Positions 24,738 to 28,092 of a stretch of 28,092 bases of DNA are shown here, in pieces. This DNA comes from Archangiaceae bacterium. Its GTDB lineage: Bacteria > Myxococcota > Myxococcia > Myxococcales > Myxococcaceae. The position numbers and the translations under genes are program-made. The stretch lies in contig JAYVCD010000307.1 of assembly GCA_043750125.1 (NCBI GenBank), positions 1 to 28,092 on the forward strand, read 5' to 3'. Below the pieces are notes generated by a model. The model did not search any database. It worked only from the letters and a program-made list of their open reading frames with translations, and was not told the origin of the DNA. Position 1 is the first letter of the stretch. Each line of letters starts with the position of its first letter.

Positions 24738-25621
24738 TTCCGATTCGTTCCGCCTTGCTTTGGGCGCTGCTCGGGCTCTTCGTGGCCGGGTGCAAGCACG
24801 AGAACAAGGCGGTGTTCCAGAAGGTCGACGTAGACGCCGAGGCGCTGCTCAAGGAATCCGCCCTCGGCTGGTTTGCCGGTGAGCTTGATGGACGCATCGC
24901 GGCAGCGCTCGGCGCCAACGCGCTGCCGGTGTTGAAAGAAGGCGAGAGCGCTCCGACCGGCGCCCAGGTGCTCAAGGGCCGACTGAGCCTCGAGTCCGAA
25001 GTCACGCCGGCCCGCACCGCGACGGCCGCTCAGGTCGCGGTCGCCGCCGTCTTTCAGCTGAAGGGAAAGGGTCTGGGCTCGCTTGCTTCGGTCTCGGCCC
25101 ACCGCGAAGTGCCGCTGAAGGGAACCGGGCCCGAAGATCGCCGCGAAGCGATGGTTCACGCGGTCGAAGGCGTGCTCGACGACGTGGCGGCCGAAGCCGG
25201 CGCACTGATCAGAGCCTCGGGCCAGAAAGACGAAGAGCTGGTGAAAGGCTTGAAGTCGGCCGACGAACGCACCCGCACCTACGCGGTGAAGGTGCTCGCC
25301 GATCGAAAAAACCCAGCGGCCGTGGCTCCTTTGCTCGAGCAGCTGAAGAGCGAAGATCTCGACGTGGTTCGCGCGGCGATCGGCGCGCTGGTCGAGCTCA
25401 AAGATCCCCGGGCCGTGCCCGTGATGATCGACGCCTCTCATGCGCGCGACAACCTGTTTCAGCGCGAGGTGGTCTTTGCGTTGGGCGCCATTGGCGGTGA
25501 AGAAGCCGAGGCCTACTTGTTCACCATGGCGCAGGGCCACGACGAACCAGTGATTCGGGCCTCCGCGCAGCAGGCGCTCGATGAGTTGAAGTCCCGCGAG
25601 AAGAAGGAAACCCAAAAATGA
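24734..25621 (+). CDS. Lipoprotein with C-terminal HEAT (PBS-lyase-like) repeats
   Basis: Lipobox VAGC. Repeats RTYAVKVLA, VVRAAIGALVELKDPRAVPVM, REVVFALGAIGG, IRASAQQAL. TTGA overlap with the upstream stop. Confidence 0.85.
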   Translation: MIPIRSALLWALLGLFVAGCKHENKAVFQKVDVDAEALLKESALGWFAGELDGRIAAALGANALPVLKEGESAPTGAQVLKGRLSLESEVTPARTATAAQVAVAAVFQLKGKGLGSLASVSAHREVPLKGTGPEDRREAMVHAVEGVLDDVAAEAGALIRASGQKDEELVKGLKSADERTRTYAVKVLADRKNPAAVAPLLEQLKSEDLDVVRAAIGALVELKDPRAVPVMIDASHARDNLFQREVVFALGAIGGEEAEAYLFTMAQGHDEPVIRASAQQALDELKSREKKETQK

Positions 25622-26211
25622 AAACCGGTGCACTGCTGGTCCTGCTCGCCCTCGGCGGCTGCGCGACGGCCTCGAAGGTCGAGCAGCGGCCCGAGATTTC
25701 CGGTGTGCCCTCTCGCGAGTTCTACCCGCTCGCGGTCGGCAATACCTGGAGCTACCAGATTCAGCTGTTGGGCGAGAAGACCCAGATGGAAGTGAAGATT
25801 CTCAAGGACGAGAACGGGGTCTTCGAAGACTCCACCGGCAATCGGCTCTTTACCGATGCCTTTGGCGTTCGCGATCAGAAACGGTACTTATTGCGCGACC
25901 CGGTCGAGGTCGGCACCGAATGGTCGAACGTGGTCTCGGTCTCTTCCGTCGAGCGTTACAAGATCGTTTCGGCCAATGTCGGCTGCGACTGCCCCGCCGG
26001 CCACTTCGAAGGCTGCGTGGTGGTCGAGAGCACCAACCGCGTCGGGGAAGGCAAAGCGCTGGTCAACGAGCTGACATTTGCTCCGAAAGTGGGCCTGGTT
26101 CGAGTCTCGACCCTGCTGCTCGACGACGGGAAGAAAGTGCCGCAGTCCACCCTGGAATTGATGAAATACCAGGTGATGGGAGCGCCGCGGCAAACCCCGA
26201 TCGCCCGGTAG
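25618..26211 (+). CDS. Hypothetical lipoprotein (beta-rich, YPLxxGNxWxY / PAGxF / APxVGLV motifs)
   Basis: Lipobox LGGC, FYPLAVGNTWSY, CPAGHFEGC, FAPKVGLVR. SD AAGGA and ATGA overlap. Confidence 0.85.
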   Translation: MKTGALLVLLALGGCATASKVEQRPEISGVPSREFYPLAVGNTWSYQIQLLGEKTQMEVKILKDENGVFEDSTGNRLFTDAFGVRDQKRYLLRDPVEVGTEWSNVVSVSSVERYKIVSANVGCDCPAGHFEGCVVVESTNRVGEGKALVNELTFAPKVGLVRVSTLLLDDGKKVPQSTLELMKYQVMGAPRQTPIAR

Positions 26212-26226
26212 GCGCAGGTGGGCTTA

Positions 26227-26255
26227 TTGCTTGAGGCCCCGAGCGTGGTTACCCT
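26227..26255 (+). promoter_or_regulatory. Candidate sigma70 promoter for birA (near-leaderless)
   Basis: TTGCTT (26227-26232), 17 nt spacer, TACCCT (26250-26255), ending 9 nt before the GTG start. No SD sequence. Confidence 0.45.
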
Positions 26256-26264
26256 TCGGGCATC

Positions 26265-27275
26265 GTGGAAACGCAGGAAGAAATCGAGCTGTCGAATGAA
26301 GAGCTGATCCTCTCTTTCCTCACCGAGGGCGGCGATGAGTTCATCTCGGGCGCGGCTCTTTCCGACAAGCTTGGCCTCTCGCGCACCGCGGTGTGGAAGC
26401 ATGTCGAGTCTCTGCGCAAGCTCGGTTACCGGATTGAAGCGGCCCCTGCGCGCGGTTACCGATTGGTCGAAGTTCCCGACCGGCTCACCGCGCTGGAAAT
26501 GACGCCGCTGCTGGCGACGCGAGATCTGGGGCGGGTACTCCACTACCAGGAATCGTTGCCGTCGACCAACGCCCGCGCCTACCAGCTCGCAAACGAAGGC
26601 GCATTTCACGGAGAAATCGTCGTCGCCGAAGAGCAGACCGCAGGCAAAGGCAGACGCGGGCGGGTCTGGGTTTCTCCACCCGGAAAGAACCTCTACTTTT
26701 CGGCCATTCTTCGCCCTGAGCTTCCTCCTCAACGAGCGCCCGAGCTGACGCTGGTCTCCGCGGTCGCGCTGTGCGAGACGCTGCGTGAGGCGGGGGTCAA
26801 GGCGACCATCAAGTGGCCCAACGACGTGCAGATCGACGGGAAGAAAGTCGCTGGAATCCTCACCGAGCTGTCGGCGGACACCGAGCGGGTTCATTTTGTA
26901 ATCCTCGGCATTGGGGTCAACCTCAACGCGCGACCCGAAGATTTTCCGCCCGAGCTCGAACCGATTGCCACGTCCGTTGCCGCCTGCCGCGGCCAGCCGG
27001 TGCCCCGCGCCTTGTTCGCCGCAGCGCTGTGGACCCGGCTCGAGCAGTGGCTCGACGTTCACTGCGATGAAGGCTTCGCCCCGGTTCGTGAGGCGTGGAA
27101 GGCGATGGCCTCGACGCTGGGGCAAGACGTGCTGGTGCGCTCTGAGCAGCGCGAGCTGCGTGGCATCGCCGAAGACATCGACGACTGGGGAGCGCTGATG
27201 CTGCGCACCCCGGAAGGGAAGCTCGAGCGGGTCCTGGCGGGCGACGTAGAGCAGGTTCGATCGCGCAAGAGTTAA
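26265..27275 (+). CDS. birA: Bifunctional biotin--[acetyl-CoA carboxylase] ligase / biotin repressor
   Basis: N-terminal [63 protein letters not shown]. Confidence 0.97.
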   Translation: METQEEIELSNEELILSFLTEGGDEFISGAALSDKLGLSRTAVWKHVESLRKLGYRIEAAPARGYRLVEVPDRLTALEMTPLLATRDLGRVLHYQESLPSTNARAYQLANEGAFHGEIVVAEEQTAGKGRRGRVWVSPPGKNLYFSAILRPELPPQRAPELTLVSAVALCETLREAGVKATIKWPNDVQIDGKKVAGILTELSADTERVHFVILGIGVNLNARPEDFPPELEPIATSVAACRGQPVPRALFAAALWTRLEQWLDVHCDEGFAPVREAWKAMASTLGQDVLVRSEQRELRGIAEDIDDWGALMLRTPEGKLERVLAGDVEQVRSRKS

Positions 27276-27304
27276 ACCGGGCAGTCCAAGTACAGTCGCT
27301 GGCC

Positions 27305-28072
27305 ATGCTGCTCGCAATCGACGTTGGCAATACCAATACCGTCGTCGGGGTCTATGACGCGCGAACGTTGAGGGCCAATTGGCGCCTCGAGACGACGGCC
27401 CGGCGCACCTACGATGAATGGGGCATCACCCTGATGCAGCTGTGCGCCCACGCCGGCCTCGACGTGAAGAAGATCGACGCCGTCGCGGTGTCGTCGGTGG
27501 TTCCGACCCTGCAGTTCAACCTCGAAAAAATGGCTGAGCGCTATTTCGGCAGCAAGCCGATGTTCGTCGGCCCCGGGGTCAAGACCGGAATGCCCATTCT
27601 GTACGACAACCCGCGAGAGGTCGGAGCGGACCGCATCGTCAATGCCGTTGCGGCGTATGAGAAACACAAAGGCGCCTTGATCGTCGTCGACTTCGGCACC
27701 GCCACCACTTTCGACGCGGTCAGCGTCAAGGGCGAATACCTCGGCGGTGCCATCTGCCCGGGCATCACCATCGCGATGGAGGCGCTCTTCACCCACGCCT
27801 CGAAGCTGCCGCGCGTAGAGTTCGCACTGCCTCCACATGTGATTGGTCGGAACACCGTACACTCGATGCAGTCGGGCATGGTTTTCGGCTACGTCTCGCT
27901 GGTCGACGGAATCTGCGAGCGGATGCAAAAAGAGCTGGGCGAAAAGGTCAAAGTGATTGCGACCGGAGGACTGGCGCCACTCATCTCGGGGGAAAGCAGA
28001 ATGATCACCGAAGTCGATGAGTTCCTGACGCTGGAAGGACTGCGACTGATCTGGGAAAGGAACCGCTCGTAA
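27305..28072 (+). CDS. coaX: Type III pantothenate kinase
   Basis: [59 protein letters not shown]. Confidence 0.97.
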   Translation: MLLAIDVGNTNTVVGVYDARTLRANWRLETTARRTYDEWGITLMQLCAHAGLDVKKIDAVAVSSVVPTLQFNLEKMAERYFGSKPMFVGPGVKTGMPILYDNPREVGADRIVNAVAAYEKHKGALIVVDFGTATTFDAVSVKGEYLGGAICPGITIAMEALFTHASKLPRVEFALPPHVIGRNTVHSMQSGMVFGYVSLVDGICERMQKELGEKVKVIATGGLAPLISGESRMITEVDEFLTLEGLRLIWERNRS

Positions 28073-28073
28073 G

Positions 28074-28092
28074 ATGGCGACCGACGAAGAAC
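28074..28092 (+). CDS. Possible start of the next gene (MATDEE...), truncated by the window end
   Basis: ATG 1 nt after the coaX stop, preceded by AAGGA about 12 nt upstream. Only six codons are visible. Confidence 0.35.

Noticed and set aside
26212..26264. BirA operator upstream of birA
   Set aside because: I cannot see a long TGTxAAC-N-GTTxACA-type inverted repeat, only a short GC stem.
248..27928. Many long alternative-frame and antisense ORFs (e.g. 248..1639, 2297..3940, 9383..10978, 10206..11825, 11748..13382, 20552..21925, 22881..24302, 25956..27317)
   Set aside because: They overlap genes with clear family motifs, are Arg/Ala/Gly/Pro-rich without motifs, and are expected shadows of high-GC codon bias.

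Overview
GC-rich, densely coding bacterial chromosomal segment with no rRNA, tRNA, CRISPR array, integrase or transposase that I can recognise. The gene content (eukaryote-like Ser/Thr kinase, cN-II-type nucleotidase, HEAT lipoprotein, class II phosphodiesterase) suggests Myxococcota, but this is inference. There are about 26 CDSs. From left to right: the C-terminal part of a c-type cytochrome; a HAD-IG 5'-nucleotidase; a tightly coupled 9-gene + strand run (small coiled-coil/Zn-finger protein, membrane Ser/Thr pseudokinase, NarL-type response regulator, Ser-less and intact alpha/beta hydrolase paralogues, M16B peptidase pair, RluA-family pseudouridine synthase, AI-2E transporter); a - strand run purM-purN-[degenerate FAD-fold protein]-murQ-anmK; a divergent Crp-family regulator / class II cyclic-nucleotide phosphodiesterase / uridine kinase unit; a Ser-less MetX-like protein; an unknown membrane-anchored protein; a beta-propeller protein; and a unit encoding a HARE-HTH + degenerate Mrr-like nuclease protein with charged disordered tracts, two lipoproteins, birA and coaX. 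The most notable signals are (i) up to five full-length enzyme homologues with catalytic or cofactor-binding motifs replaced, (ii) the Crp-PDE-Udk module, (iii) the HARE-HTH/dead-Mrr protein, and (iv) a repeated TAnnnT box 7-9 nt before SD-less start codons, suggesting leaderless mRNAs. All calls come from motif reading by eye; no database searches were run.
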